From NCBI GenBank assembly GCA_026026165.1, contig JAPEUD010000004.1:558001-622000 (forward strand): DNA of 64,000 nt, given 5' to 3'. This DNA is from Sarea resinae. Lineage: Eukaryota. Both the position numbers and the translations under genes were made by a program. Below, in pieces: positions 37,869-50,537 of this stretch (position 1 is the first letter of the stretch; every line of letters begins with the position of its first letter). Under the pieces are notes generated by a model that searched no databases, was not told the DNA's origin, and was given only the letters and a program-made list of their open reading frames with translations.

Positions 37869-38523
37869 TTGCGTGCTGATCGGCAGCCGTGGTAACTCGT
37901 TTGACAGAGGCATACTACTGAAGTTCTGGGCTGACCAAGGGGAATTATTTCCCGTCCCAGAAATCGGAGAGAATCTCTTATCGGAACTACTCCATAGTAA
38001 CACATCTCATGAACAGACATCGTCTGGATTCGGGGGGGTGTGGTGAAGTGCAAGACGTCGATGTCGCTGTCCTTCTCCGTGTTGGCCGGGGTTGGGGTTG
38101 CAGGGATGCCAAGACATCTCGCAGCACGCAAGACGCCCTCGCATCTTGCGTGATATTCGACCATCCACAGCCCAACTTGCGATGCGCACACGGATACCCG
38201 CCCGACTCGCCATCCATGTATTCATCGCAATGCGCGACAACAACAAATGCGCCCTCGATGCTACAGTCGCCGTCGCCTATTGCCATTATGATAATATGTA
38301 TTGTGCTCTCCGGTCAATGCATCTTGCGTGCTCGCCGTGGGGCTTTCGGCACAGCACCAGGCGGGAATGGCACCACCCTGATTGGCCGCCCTCGCCATCC
38401 TGGCCATTTGCAATACCATGGCACGCCTTGGTGGTCTCGATGGTCGCTTTTCTGGCGTTTGTATGTGATAATATCCCACGCTCGTTCTAGAAGGTTTTGC
38501 TGCACGCGGGCGGAACTTGCGTG
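37869..38523. promoter_or_regulatory. Five copies of TTGCGTG in the shared TauD/MFS divergent promoter (candidate transcription-factor sites)
   Basis: Copies at 37869, 38125 (reverse), 38146, 38324 and 38517. Confidence 0.45.
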
Positions 38524-38837
38524 GCTTGTTGCTTGTTGCTTTTTGCTATCTCCGGGTCTTCCTGGGTTGGGGTTCAAGCCCGGCATCCAGGGTTCAATCG
38601 TGTCTTTGCCACGCGAGCGTGGTGGGATATGCTCCTCTGATGTGCATCCAAGGTTCCATATAAGGATATGAGGTCTTGTCTCGGTGCTTGCTTTCCAGTT
38701 GTCTTCTTTGGTTGGATCTTACCCTGTCTCTTGTTCTGGCCCAATTCGGCACCGTGTAGCATACATCTCTGTTGCAATTCGATTCGATTCCGCTCCAATC
38801 GCACCTTGCAAGTAAGTAATCTGGTTCAGACTTCGCC

Positions 38838-40622
38838 ATGGGCACTGCTCCGGTCGGAGACGATGGTGCGCGCTCCGTCAGCAGCATCGACAAGAAGGGG
38901 CCAGAGGTTGCCGAACGCAACACTTTTTCCAGTGAGCCTCTGCCTCTGGTCGGCGAGGCGAAGCGGATCCGTCTTGACAATGCTCCACGAACGACATTCG
39001 AGACTGCTGGACTCAAGGAGCACTTTGAGCCGATCGACTCCTACGAGGGAAAGCATCGGTGGGATCCCGACTTTCAATGGGAACCCCAAGAGGAGAAGAA
39101 GCTAGTTCGAAAGGTACGGATACGCTTGAGCCCATTCACAAGGAAGCTTGCTCATGTCTGTAGCTGGATCTGCGCATCTGCTCCTGGGTCTGCTTGATGT
39201 TTTTCGCCCTGCAACTCGACCGCGGCAACATCTCCCAAGCTCTATCGGACAACCTCTTGAAGGACCTGCATATCAACACTAATGACTACAACAACGGTCA
39301 GACCATCTTCTATGTCTGCTTCCTGTTTGCCGAACTCCCCTCACAGCTCATCTCCAAGAAGATCGGCCCCGACAATTGGATCCCCATCCAGATGGTGTCG
39401 TGGAGCTTGGTCGCATCTTGCCAGGCTTTCCTCAGCGGCCGATCGTCGTTCTTTGCTTGCCGTGCCCTGTTGGGCCTCATCGAGGGCGGCTTCATCCCGG
39501 ATAACATCCTCTACCTGAGCTATTTCTATAACAGCATCGAATTGCCGACCCGTCTGAGCTTCTTCTGGGTCTCGTACCAGTTCACCAGCATCGTGTCGGC
39601 CTTCTTGGCGTATGGCATCTTGCATCTCCGAGGCTACCACGGCATGGCGGGCTGGCGATGGCTTTTCGCCCTCGAAGGGACGGTGACGGGTGTCATTGGC
39701 ATCATTTCGTATTTCTACCTGCCGCCGTCGCCGACACAGACGGCGAGTATCTTCCGCGGCAAGGACGGCTGGTTCAGCGAGCACGAGGAGAAGATCATGG
39801 TCAACCGGATCCTGCGCGACGACCCGGGCAAGGGCGGCATGCACAACCGGCAGGCGGTGGGCCCCAAGCTGCTCTGGGAGAGTCTCAAGGACTACGACAT
39901 GTGGCCGCTGTACCTGCTGGGTCTCACGTGGATGCTGCCGACGACGCCCATTACAGCGTATATCACGCTGCAGCTCAAGGCCGAGGGCTTCGGCACCTTT
40001 GAGACCAACATGCTCAGCATCCCGTCGTACGTGCTGTTCATCATCAACCTACTCGTCTTCACGTGGATCTCGGAGAAGCTCAACGAGCGGTTCCTGGTCG
40101 GGGCCTGCAGCCAGATCTGGGCGCTGCCGTTGCTGATCGCACTCGAGGTCATCCCGACGAACTCGAGCCACTGGGTCAAATACGCGCTCAGCACGCTCCT
40201 GTTCGCCATGCCGTACGTGCACGCCATCCTGGTGGCCATCACCAGCCGCAACGCCGGCACCGTGCGCACCCGCACCGTCGCCAGCGCCATGTATAACATG
40301 ACCGTGCAGGCCAGCAACGTCATCGGCTCGCAGATCTACCGCAACGACGACAAGCCCATGTATCGCCGCGGCAACAAGGTGCTGATCGCGCTGGCTTGTT
40401 ACAATCTGGCGCTTTTTGTCTTCTCCAAGGGCTACTATATGTGGCGCAACAGCGTGCGCGAGGCCAAGTGGAACGGCATGACGTCGGAGCAGAAGGAGGA
40501 GTATCTGATGACGACCAAGGACCAGGGCAATAAGCGGTGTGTTTTACCTGTCGTTTCTGTTTTGGCTGATACTGATATTCTGGTTTCGTGGAAACAGGCT
40601 TGACTTTCGATTTTCGCATTAG
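38838..40622 (+). CDS. MFS transporter, anion:cation symporter (allantoate/sulfonate permease-like)
   Basis: EEKKLVRK|LDLRIC..FFALQLDRGNI, ELPSQLISKKIGP, EGGFIP, GWRWLFALEG, SRNAGTVRTRTV, KR|LDFRFSH*. Introns 39114-39162 and approx. 40537-40597. Confidence 0.93.
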
Positions 40623-40624
40623 TC

Positions 40625-41770
40625 AGCGGCTACTGCTCCGCGTCAGCCTTTTCACTCTGGATCGCCTTGTTTGCTTTTCCCATCTCGTCTTTCCGCTCTG
40701 ACTCATCTGCTTTTTCCCCCCAACATATCCCGTCTCATCTTCCCTCTCTCCCTCTCTTGCCCTCATCCCCTCTCCTCACCACAGCAATCATCTCCAGTCA
40801 TCCGTCCACCATCCCCGTCAACCTCATCCTCAACCTCAACTCTTACCACCTACCCCCCGGCCCATCCCCGCAACTCACTCTACCTCGTCTTGGATTTCCT
40901 TTCCAAACACCCCTCATACCATATCCCATCTCCACCGAACATCCACCGAACCCCCGCCCCCAAATCAATACCAAAGGCAATACCAACACCAACGTCAAGA
41001 CCAACATCACCAATCCATCCCAAATCCATCCCTTAGACGAAATCTGCTCCTTTTCCACTTCTGTGATTTCTGGTGGCCGATTGCTGGTTGGTTTGTACGT
41101 GGTCTTGACATGGGTTTTGAAAAGAGCTCAAAGCTAGGGGTCAGGGTCATGGTCAGGCATTAGCAGAGATTGGTTTGATTCATTGGTTTCACTGAGATGG
41201 GGAGAGTGCAGAGTGCAGAGAGTGAGAAAGAGTAGAGTGAGAAAGAGGAGAGTAGACAAGAGTGAGAAAGAGGAAAGAGAACAAGAACAAGAAAGGAAAA
41301 GTAAGAGAAAGAGGGCCCAAGGACACGGCTTTTTCTTCTTTGGTCAAGGCGTTGAATAGAAATCTCGTTCATGATTTTTGATTATATAGACAACGACGCG
41401 CGCACGTCTAGAGGAACAATATCAGAACTCTCAAAAGATATCAATCTCAACCATCTAAACCATCAATATATATATATCATATGGAAGATAACGAAAGTCT
41501 TCATAAATCAGTCGGTTAGCGATCAGCCACGAGCAATCAATCATGTATGTAGTCAGTCGATCTAACACCCAGTCAAGTCAAGTAAATGATCAGTCAATCA
41601 ATCAAGTAGACAATCCAAACTTCAATCCCCCCTTTAAATTCTCTGTAAAACGCTACAATCTATGCTCTCCCTATCTCACTTCTCCCCTGACTCTCCCCTC
41701 ACCACCCCATCAACCACCCCATCAATCACCCCCTCCACAACTCCACAATCGCACAATCGCATAATCGCAC
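40625..41770. repeat. Strand-skewed low-complexity convergent intergenic spacer
   Basis: C/T-rich and then A/G-rich tracts with short tandem motifs; no coherent ORF. Confidence 0.6.
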
Positions 41771-41773
41771 AAC

Positions 41774-44254
41774 TCAATGCCCGCGCACCCCGCCCTTGGT
41801 CAATTTCAGTGCCCGCTCGATCCAGCCGGCCGCGTCGTCGCAGCCGCCTTCGTGGGCGATGATATCTCGGACGAGTGCGATGCGGGTTGGGGTCTGTGGC
41901 GTGGTTGGGGTGGTGGAGGAGGTGAAAGTGGAGGCGTTGGTGGTTGTGTTGATTGCCGGAGTGGAGGAGTGGGCTGTGTTGATCATGGGGGTGGAGGAGT
42001 TAGCGGCGGTCGTGGAGGTGATGTTAGTGGAGGTCGTGTTGTTGTTGTTGATGATAGAGGGTTTAGTGGCGCCGGTGGAGGTGTTGCTGTTATTGTTATT
42101 GTTGTTGTTATTGCCGTTGACGGTGATAGTAGTGTTGGTAGAGCCGTTGGTGTTGCTGCTGCTATGGTTGGTGTTGCTGCCGTCATCGATGACAGTGTTG
42201 GTGGAGGTGTTAGTAGTGGTGACGTTGTGTTTGGCGTCATCTCTGGCCTCTGTGTTATCACTTGGGCCTTTGGGAATGGGAGCGGGATCGGGATCCGTGA
42301 GAGTGTTTTCCGTGTCTGTATCAGGTCCTATACTACTAGTACTGGTGCCATTGCCATCGTATTCTTGTTCCGCCTTCTCGCCGTCTTCACACCGCTCAGC
42401 ATGTTCGCCCGAGGAGAACGGGGAGGAGGTGGATGACGACGACGACGAAGAGAGCAAAGAGCGCGGGTAGCCCACGAGCCCCGTGTTGCGCGTGCTCGGG
42501 ATCCGCAGCATCTCGCGGCGGACCTCGAAGCCGGCCTCGCGCGAGAGATGCTCGACCCATCCGACGAGGGAGGCGTATGCGCTTTTGCCGGCGCCTCCCT
42601 TTTGCCCTCCCTGCCCGCCTTTCTTGGCCACTCCTCCAGCAACGTTCGAGCTGGCGTATCTTGCCGGTGCTCGGAACCTGGCGCCCCCGAGGTCGTGGCT
42701 ACAGCATGGCAAGGCGAGAAAAGGCGACGAGGAGAGAGAGGCGAGCAGGGGCGTCCACGGCGTCAGTTCGTCCGCGTGGTTGGAGATGATGAACATATTC
42801 TCTGGAAAGACACCGGAGTGGGTGCCGGGGGGTAATGGATCGGGGGTTAGTGCTGCTTGAGATTTTGGTCTTGTCCCTGGCTCTACGTTCCCCCCACTCT
42901 CTCGTAGCTGCTCCGTGCTAGTTGCAGCAAATGCAACCGACCCTGACGCTTCTGCTACCAGAGGCGCGGGCACGAGAATCAGCTCGTGGAGCTGTTCTTG
43001 GACGGCGGCCGGGAACGTCGTCCATGACTTTCGGGCGCGCGCGTCGAAGCCCCAGCCGCTGTAGCCTTCGCGCAGCAGAATGTCGACGAGGATTCCGTTG
43101 CCGCAACCTATATCTACGAAGCCGGGGAATGGCGGCTTCTTCTCCTTTTCCTGCTCTCCGACCTCGCGCTTCTCCGTCTCGTTCTCTTCGCTCGCATTTC
43201 TATTTTCGCCTTCTAGGTTCCCGGCTTTCGTCTCCTCTCCCTCTCTTCTCACACCATCACCACTACTCATACACTCCTCCACGACCGGACGCCGCCTTTC
43301 GGACACGTCATACATATCCGTCCACAGCTCGATCAAAAACGCCGCGATGCCGAGATCCTCGAATACGTGTTTGCCCGGGTCCGTGTGCTCGACCCAATTC
43401 CGGACCAACCGCTTCGCGTGCGTGGCTTTGAGCCGCGTATACGTGTCCTGGAAGCGCCGTTGCGGGATGATGAGGTCGTGGTGCACGCGCTTGACGTAGC
43501 CTGCTTGCGTGCTGTGGCCGTGCTTGTGGATCGTCTGCAGAAGCTTGTTGGCTGTGCGGAGGATGCGCGTGGTCAGAGGTGGCGAGGCTGGGAAGAGCAA
43601 GTAATGGAGTGAAAGGACGGATGTGGACGTGGATGTAGAAGGGCATGTCAATGCGGGTGTGGATGTAGGTGTGGCTGCTGTTGGGCTTGAGGCCTGCCTT
43701 GTGGAATAGAGGAATGCGAGGCCCGCGACAGGAGGATGATACCATGGCATATCAGAGGGGTCGGAGACGTGCGGTAGGTAGATGACTAGGTTCTGCGAAT
43801 TGTCGTCGTTGGAAAGAACATGGCAAGTCTGAACGAGAGGGGCGTCTAGCTGGGGATTGCGGGGGATGAGTCTGCGGACGATCGAACGGTCGAGAGAGTA
43901 ACCCGGGACTGAGATGGGTTTGGGAGAGACGCTGTCGCCCTGAGGACCTCCATCCGCACCTCCACCGCCAGCTCCACTCCCATTGCTGTTGATATTCCCG
44001 CCATTGATACCTACGTCCTCTCTATGATCGCCGTCCACAGAGAGCTGTTCGACACTGTCGTAGAGAATGTCCGCGCGAAAGAGGTAGTTGGACGTGATAT
44101 TTGGATTCTTGATGAGATTCAGCAGGACCCGGTTGAAGATCTGCGCCGGGAACGTACAGTCGCTTTCGAGAATTGGGAGCCATATCTCCTCGGGCAGTTG
44201 CGACGAGAAATACGGAGACCGGCCTGTGATGTCTGTAGGTTGGAAGATCGTCAT
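41774..44254 (-). CDS. TRM44: tRNA(Ser) Um44 2'-O-methyltransferase
   Basis: RADILYDS, VRRLIPRNPQLD, YVKRVHHD, WVEHTDPGKHVFEDLGIAAFLIELW, FVDIGCGNG, SNHADELTPW, LPCCSHDL, LRIPSTRN. First ATG at 44254. Confidence 0.92.
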   Translation of the reverse strand: MTIFQPTDITGRSPYFSSQLPEEIWLPILESDCTFPAQIFNRVLLNLIKNPNITSNYLFRADILYDSVEQLSVDGDHREDVGINGGNINSNGSGAGGGGADGGPQGDSVSPKPISVPGYSLDRSIVRRLIPRNPQLDAPLVQTCHVLSNDDNSQNLVIYLPHVSDPSDMPWYHPPVAGLAFLYSTRQASSPTAATPTSTPALTCPSTSTSTSVLSLHYLLFPASPPLTTRILRTANKLLQTIHKHGHSTQAGYVKRVHHDLIIPQRRFQDTYTRLKATHAKRLVRNWVEHTDPGKHVFEDLGIAAFLIELWTDMYDVSERRRPVVEECMSSGDGVRREGEETKAGNLEGENRNASEENETEKREVGEQEKEKKPPFPGFVDIGCGNGILVDILLREGYSGWGFDARARKSWTTFPAAVQEQLHELILVPAPLVAEASGSVAFAATSTEQLRESGGNVEPGTRPKSQAALTPDPLPPGTHSGVFPENMFIISNHADELTPWTPLLASLSSSPFLALPCCSHDLGGARFRAPARYASSNVAGGVAKKGGQGGQKGGAGKSAYASLVGWVEHLSREAGFEVRREMLRIPSTRNTGLVGYPRSLLSSSSSSSTSSPFSSGEHAERCEDGEKAEQEYDGNGTSTSSIGPDTDTENTLTDPDPAPIPKGPSDNTEARDDAKHNVTTTNTSTNTVIDDGSNTNHSSSNTNGSTNTTITVNGNNNNNNNNSNTSTGATKPSIINNNNTTSTNITSTTAANSSTPMINTAHSSTPAINTTTNASTFTSSTTPTTPQTPTRIALVRDIIAHEGGCDDAAGWIERALKLTKGGVRGH

Positions 44255-44532
44255 GGAGAGTAAGTGACAACGCGCCGGTGCGATGCCTGGTTTCCATGAA
44301 GTTGCGCGCGGCGCAAACGACACGATTTTTAGACGCTTATCGATAAGCGCGTCTAGCCGCATTGACGTCTCTATCTGCCACTACAACTTCGGACAGTCCT
44401 GGTCACTATTTGTAGAGCAGGGGGTAACAGACGATCAATTGACTTCAAGTAAAGCAGCTAGCTGAGGAATTGATATAGAAAAGAATATGATACGTCTCCA
44501 CGTCTTACGACCGCGTCCCATATCCGAGTGCC

Positions 44533-47500
44533 TCATCCAGCAACTCCAACCCCCTTCTTCAGCACCTGCACGCACCGACTAAAGTCCACCTCCCGGTAGT
44601 CTGTCGGCATGTACTCCCCACTAACAACACACATGACTCTCATCCTCCTATCGTACTTCAAATCATGCAGTAGCTTGGGAGTGATCAGGAAGTACTGCGA
44701 GGTGTGCTCCGCGCACGCGATGTCGACCATGCGCTCGTGTACCATGCGCTCGTTGCGCGGGTCCATGCCCTGGTTGATTTCATCGACGACGCGGAAGGGA
44801 GCCCGAGCGAGGGATTGCAGTGACATAAGGTAGAAGATCGTGGAGACGGCGCGTTCGCCGCCGGATTGACGATGAGAGTCCAGAATCGTGAGGGGTTCAT
44901 GCTCCCTGTGGGGCATTAGTGGGTGTTGAAAAGCTTGGGACAGAATGGAGCAGAAGAACAATACAGTCAAAATCGAGGAAAGATAAGGATGGACATACCG
45001 GAACTTGACTTGAATCTGAATAGCCCACTGGTCGAAATCCTCGTCCTTGTGGACGCCTACTTGGCCGGCACAGCCAATCTTCTCGAAATTATGGGAGAAT
45101 GCATCGCTGATCTTCTGCACAAGAGCATCAAGCTCGGGTTCCCATTTCTCGCGCACTTCGGTGATGCCGTGATCAAGATCAGCCAGCTTCTGGTCCATAT
45201 CAGCCAGCTTGTCCTTCAGCCGATCAATCTTTTTCTGGCGCTGCTCAAACTGTTCGATGGCGTCCGGGTTACCGTCGTTCAGGAGGCCAATCCGCATCTT
45301 TTCGGACTCGATTTCATTTTCCAATTCTTCGGGGGTTTGCGTTTCCGGAAGCGAGTTGAGGAATTCTTGGATGGGCCCTTCATCCTCTGCGAGGATGCGT
45401 TTGCATTCCTCGAGGAGAGCCTTTGCTTCTTTGCTGATGGTATCTGTCTCTCGGACCACTTCTTGGACTTCGCGGCGCTTTTCTTCAAGCATGTTTTTCA
45501 CGGCGGTGTTTCTTTCGGAGAGGATTTCGACTTCGGATGTCGCCTCGATGAGGACAATCTCGGCTTGGAAGAATCCAATGTGTAGATCACGGAGAGCTTC
45601 GACAGCGGCCTAGATTCTGTTAGCTTCGAGGAGAGTAATGTGACAGGACCGCATACTGTATATCTCATCAAATGGGCTCCTTTCTCCAACACCATTCGAT
45701 TCGATTTGTCCTTGATATCGTTGCATCGTCGCTTGACCTCCGCGCCAAGATTCTGAAGCTCGGCGAGCTTCTCTTCCTCTTGCGCAAGCTTAGTGGGCAG
45801 AGCATTGAAGATCTGCTGCGCCCTTTGCTTCGCGCCTTTCTCATCCTCCAGCACTTTCTAGACAGATTGTCAGAAGGGCATCGAATTGTTTCATAATCAT
45901 CACCTACCTTCTCATCATCGATTCGCACGATCTCTTCCCTGAGCTCGGTGATTTTGCTTTGGGCCTCGTTGATCTGCTGCTTACATGCCGCGAGCTCATC
46001 GGCCCAGCCCGCGATATTCTGCTGGAGCTCCCGTTTCGCCCCGGTGTCAACAGGCTGACTGGTCCAGACTTGGGCTCTCTTGATGTCTCGAACCCTCGTT
46101 GACGTAGCCCCGGCCCCATACTCTCTCCGTCGAGTAATTTGATAGCTGAATCTACTCGTGACCCAGCTGCTGACCGGGCTAGTTTCAATGACTGCGTATT
46201 GTTCGTCGGTAGTATCACGCTTCGAGATACCGGTCTGATGGATCCGACATTCACCACAGAGCATAGAAAGCACCGGTTCTGGACCCTCAACGTAGTTCAA
46301 CACCCATCCGTCGAAACCAAGGCGATGCATCTCGATCTCGGTGACAGGCGGCCTGAACTGATCGAGGCTTCCGGTGTAAGTACGGATGGTGATATCGGCG
46401 AGCCTCATCGTCCCATAGAGCTGATCTTGCAGCTTTTTGAAGTCGGCCTTCGTCTGGCAGGTAAAGGCAAGAAGATCATTCTTTTGAAAGACCGACTCGA
46501 TAGAATCACAGTACTCTTTCTCCTTTACGGAACATTCGACAATGGGCGGCCCATAAACATGCTTCTCAAACATGTCTTGATGATTTTGGACCCATTCCCA
46601 AGCATTCGCTGTCTCCCTGGAGATATGTCTTAACTTGTTGACCTGCTGGCCGGACTGCGAGTCAAGGCTCTCAAGCTGGCCTCGAGCACGTGCAATCCAT
46701 TCGTTCCTCTCTCTCCCTTGGGCTGTGACGTCTCGTTGAGTCTGCTGCAGTTCCGATATCTGTATATCACGCTCTCTTCTTTCGCGAGTCTTCTCCCTCT
46801 GTTGACGACGTTAGCATCAAGATCCGTGAATGATCCAGAGACACATACAATCTGCTCGTTGTAGGATGCTGGATCAAAGTCCACCGGCTTTTCCTCCATC
46901 TGCTTCTTGAATCGGGTGATCTGGCCCTTGATCCTCGGCACATCTTCAGTTCTTTTCTTGAAAGATTCTCTCTCGAATGCTAGCTCCTTTTGGAAATCGG
47001 CGATCTTGTCTTGGATCTTTTGCTGCTGGGTGAGTAGTTTCTCTGCCGCCGCCTCCGCTTTTTCGACCGCGTGTCTTCTCTCCCTGGCTACCTGGTCGAC
47101 CTTGTGCCTATAGTCTTGTTTTCGGTTTACGGCCCGCAAAGACGGCTGGACCTCGTCTTCTAGCTTCTTCAACGCCGTCAGCGCATCCTTCTTCCTCTGC
47201 TTCGCGTCTTGTACTTGAAGCCTAGCCTGTCGATAATGAGCAAATGGCCGGGCCTTCTCGAGCATTTCAACTCGCTGCTCGATTTGAGCTCGCTCTCGCA
47301 TTCGATCCACATCTGCCCTCTGCCCTTGTTGCCTGGCCTCCAGGTTTGCCAACCCTTCTTTGTCATGAGCCTGCAGTCCAAGAACTCGCTTTTGTTCTCC
47401 GCGCAGTTGCTTCAAGATCTCGTGCCATTCGAGCATCTGTTCCGGCGCGGCTGCTCGCTGCGTCGAATGAAGTAGCTCCACGGGAGATAGAGCGGCGAAT

Positions 47501-48209
47501 TCGCAGACCTTGTCTTGCGGAAGGAACTGGCAAAGGTTGTCGATCTGGACAGAGAAAGATCGGGCGAGGTCAAGTACTCCCTTCAGTGGTGATGGTTTGC
47601 CGTCGATGAAGAACTGCGATTTGCTGCCTTGCCGCTTGATCTGGCGCGAAATTACCGGATTCTTCCTCTGGCGTTTCGGGTCGGCTGCAAGCTCAATCTC
47701 GATGATAGCCTCCTGACAGCCGTGCTTGACATATTCGGCGACGTCCTTGGCCCGTCCGAGATGCTTCATACCGTTAGCCCTCGAACCTCAAGCGGCTGCT
47801 ATGGCGCCATGCTCACCTGTGGACCCCATCCTAGCCCGAGGCAGATGGCGCAGACCAGAGTACTTTTCCCCGTACCGTTGGGCCCAATGACCATGTTCAG
47901 GCTTGGTCCCGGAAAGAACTCAGCGGAGGTGTAAGTGACAAAGTTGGTCAGCTTCACTCGCACGATGGATCCAGGCTGATAGACGCCCGAGTGGTCCTTC
48001 CTGGTCAGTCCATTAGGTTCGGCGGCATAGCTATCTGGCAAGACGGGATTCCGCGGTGGAGAGGACGCGTCGCCATTCGTGTTGAGTCGCACGCGTTTGC
48101 CGCTCGACGGTGGCTGCGCAGACGGCGTTCCATTGGTCTCATCAGCAGTATCATCTTCATCTGACTCCACGGCCCGCCGGCGACGATGAGGCACGATAGC
48201 CGCTGGCAT
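44533..48209 (-). CDS. SMC5: Structural maintenance of chromosomes protein 5
   Basis: Walker [23 protein letters not shown], coiled coils and hinge, [10 protein letters not shown], Walker [28 protein letters not shown]; five GT-AG introns. Confidence 0.96.
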
Positions 48210-48577
48210 GGTGAACTGTTGAACGGTTGATTGCGACCACTGAAAGTGGACGGATTCGCCTTGCGAGGTGTGGAAGTGAGGTTCAGAGGTGAATGGGTGC
48301 CCGTCACTTTGATCACGGCGCCGTTACGCGACTCGCCTGTCAGCTACATACATAGTAAGTACGAGATACGCGAACCAACACCTCGGCCGCAACAATGGAG
48401 ATGGATATGGATGTTTCACCCTTCACTGGATCAATTGATGCGGTATTCGTACTTCTTGCAATTGATGGGAAATGATTTGTATTCTTATTCTTCTCCATCT
48501 CGTGGTATTTGGTTACATTATTTGCCTGCACCACGCTCCGTATCTTTCCACATCCCTCTGCCCCCAGCCCATGGCGT

Positions 48578-50537
48578 CTATTTGGGGCTGATCATGAGCT
48601 CGGGTCGAACATACTTGTCAAAGTCCTCCTCGCTGAGGGCCTTGAGCTCCATCGCACTCTGCTTCAGCGTCAAGCCCTTCTTGTGGGCATTCTTGGCCAC
48701 CTTGGAGGCCATGTCGTATCCGATGACGGGATTCAAGCACGTGACGAGCATCAGACTAGCAGAGTTGTCAGTGACTCTTCCGAATCTCAGAGGGAGAGAC
48801 AAACCTTTCGTGAAGTAAAGCCGAGATTCGCTTCTCATCAGCCTCGATGCCGGCAACGAGGTTCTTCTCGAAACTGCGCATACCGTCGCTGAGAATGCGG
48901 ACGCTGTGCAGCAAGTTCCGAATGAGGACAGGCTTGAAGACGTTCAATTCAAACTGGCCGCTCAGGCCAGACACCGTCACAGCGGTGTGGTTGCCCATCA
49001 CTTGAGCACTGACCATGGTCAAGGCCTCGCATTGCGTCGGGTTGACCTTGCCCGGCATGATCGAGGAGCCCGGCTCGTTCTCCGGCAGCTTGAGCTCGCC
49101 GAGGCCGCAGCGAGGACCGGAACCCAAGAATCGGATATCTTGGGCGATCTTGAAGAGCGAGCACGCGAGCGTGTTGAGCGAACCCGAGGCCTCGACGATT
49201 GCGTCGTGTGCAGCGAGCGCCTCAAACTTGTTCGGGGCCGTCTTGAATTCCGTGCCCGTCATCTTGGTCACCTCGGCAGCAATGGCCGTGTCGAAACCCT
49301 TGAACGTGTTGATACCCGTGCCGACAGCGGTGCCACCTTGAGCGAGGAGGCGCAAATGCGGTAGAGACGCCTGAACACGTTCGATGCCGAAGTCGAGTTG
49401 TGCAACGTAGCCTGAGAATTCTTGGCCCAAAGTTAAAGGCGTAGCATCTTGGAGATGTGTGCGGCCAATCTTGATGATCTTCTCGAACTGCTCACTCTTC
49501 TTTTGTAAAGCATCTCTTAAGCTTTTCAGGGCTGGGAGGAGCTCACCCTCGATCTCGAGGACGGAAGCAATGTGCATGACGGTAGGGAAAGTATCGTTGG
49601 ACGAAGCAGACATGTTGACGTGATCATTGGGATGAACGGGCTTCTTCGAGCCTTTGACGCCGCCCAGGATCTCGATTGCGCGATTCGAGATGACCTCGTT
49701 GGCATTCATGTTCGACTGCGTACCAGAGCCAGTCTGCCAGACCACGAGCGGGAAATGATCAAGGAGCTTCAGATCAGCGACTTCGGCCGCTGCTTCTTGA
49801 ATCGCCTTGCCAATCTTGGGATCTTGAAATTGTTAGCCTTCGTCCGTTGGTGGGATTAAGCGATTCACCTAGGCCAAATTCCATGTTAACAGTGGCCGCC
49901 GCTCCTTTCAGGATGCCGAAAGCCTTGACGACGGGCGGCGGCATCCGGTCCTGCGGTTGGTTGATCTTGAAGTTCTCCAGCGAACTAGATATCGCATCAG
50001 CACTATATCTTCGTTGCACGCCTCGAGACCTGGCAATGTCGCGATTGGGGGAATCCCTACCGCTCAGTCTGAGCTCCCCAGTATTTATCCGCGGGGACCT
50101 ATCGAGTGTACGATCAGCTCCACTGAACAGCTGTGCCAGGAATGATGCCGTATACCTGAATCTCCCCAAATGCATCGCTTTCTGTTCGAGTCTCGGCAGC
50201 CTAGGGTGAGATGTGTTAGCCCCAACTCCTTGAACCTGGGATTGCTTCGAAACTGCCGCAAGGGCCTGCCCAGATCGCCCTCGCTCGTCGCCCAAACCAT
50301 CGTTGGGGTCAAACCTACCATTCTCGTAGTTGTCGCGAATCCTCTTGAATTCGCAATGTGGAAGCTTTGAAATGGCGTTCGAATTGACAGCTTGGCTGGC
50401 CTTTCGATGGAGCTTCCGGTCCGATTGATGGCTGCGGACGACCGAGCAGTTGAAAAGCGGGCGCATGGCGGGGTCACAAGTGTCAAGGACCGTAACGTCC
50501 GAGCTGGAGAGGACCTAGGCGCCGCGGTTCGCAACAT
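48578..50537 (-). CDS. FUM1: Fumarate hydratase (class II), mitochondrial precursor
   Basis: R/S-rich presequence; [41 protein letters not shown] and the signature [11 protein letters not shown]; five introns. Confidence 0.97.

Noticed and set aside
38009..38671. 220-aa ORF in the TauD/MFS intergenic region
   Set aside because: No recognisable domain; lies in the shared promoter.
41777..42470. Gly/Val/Leu-rich + strand ORFs
   Set aside because: Antisense shadows of the TRM44 low-complexity tract.
12204..44254. tRNA-modification cluster (TYW3 + TRM44)
   Set aside because: About 30 kb apart with unrelated genes between them; likely coincidence.
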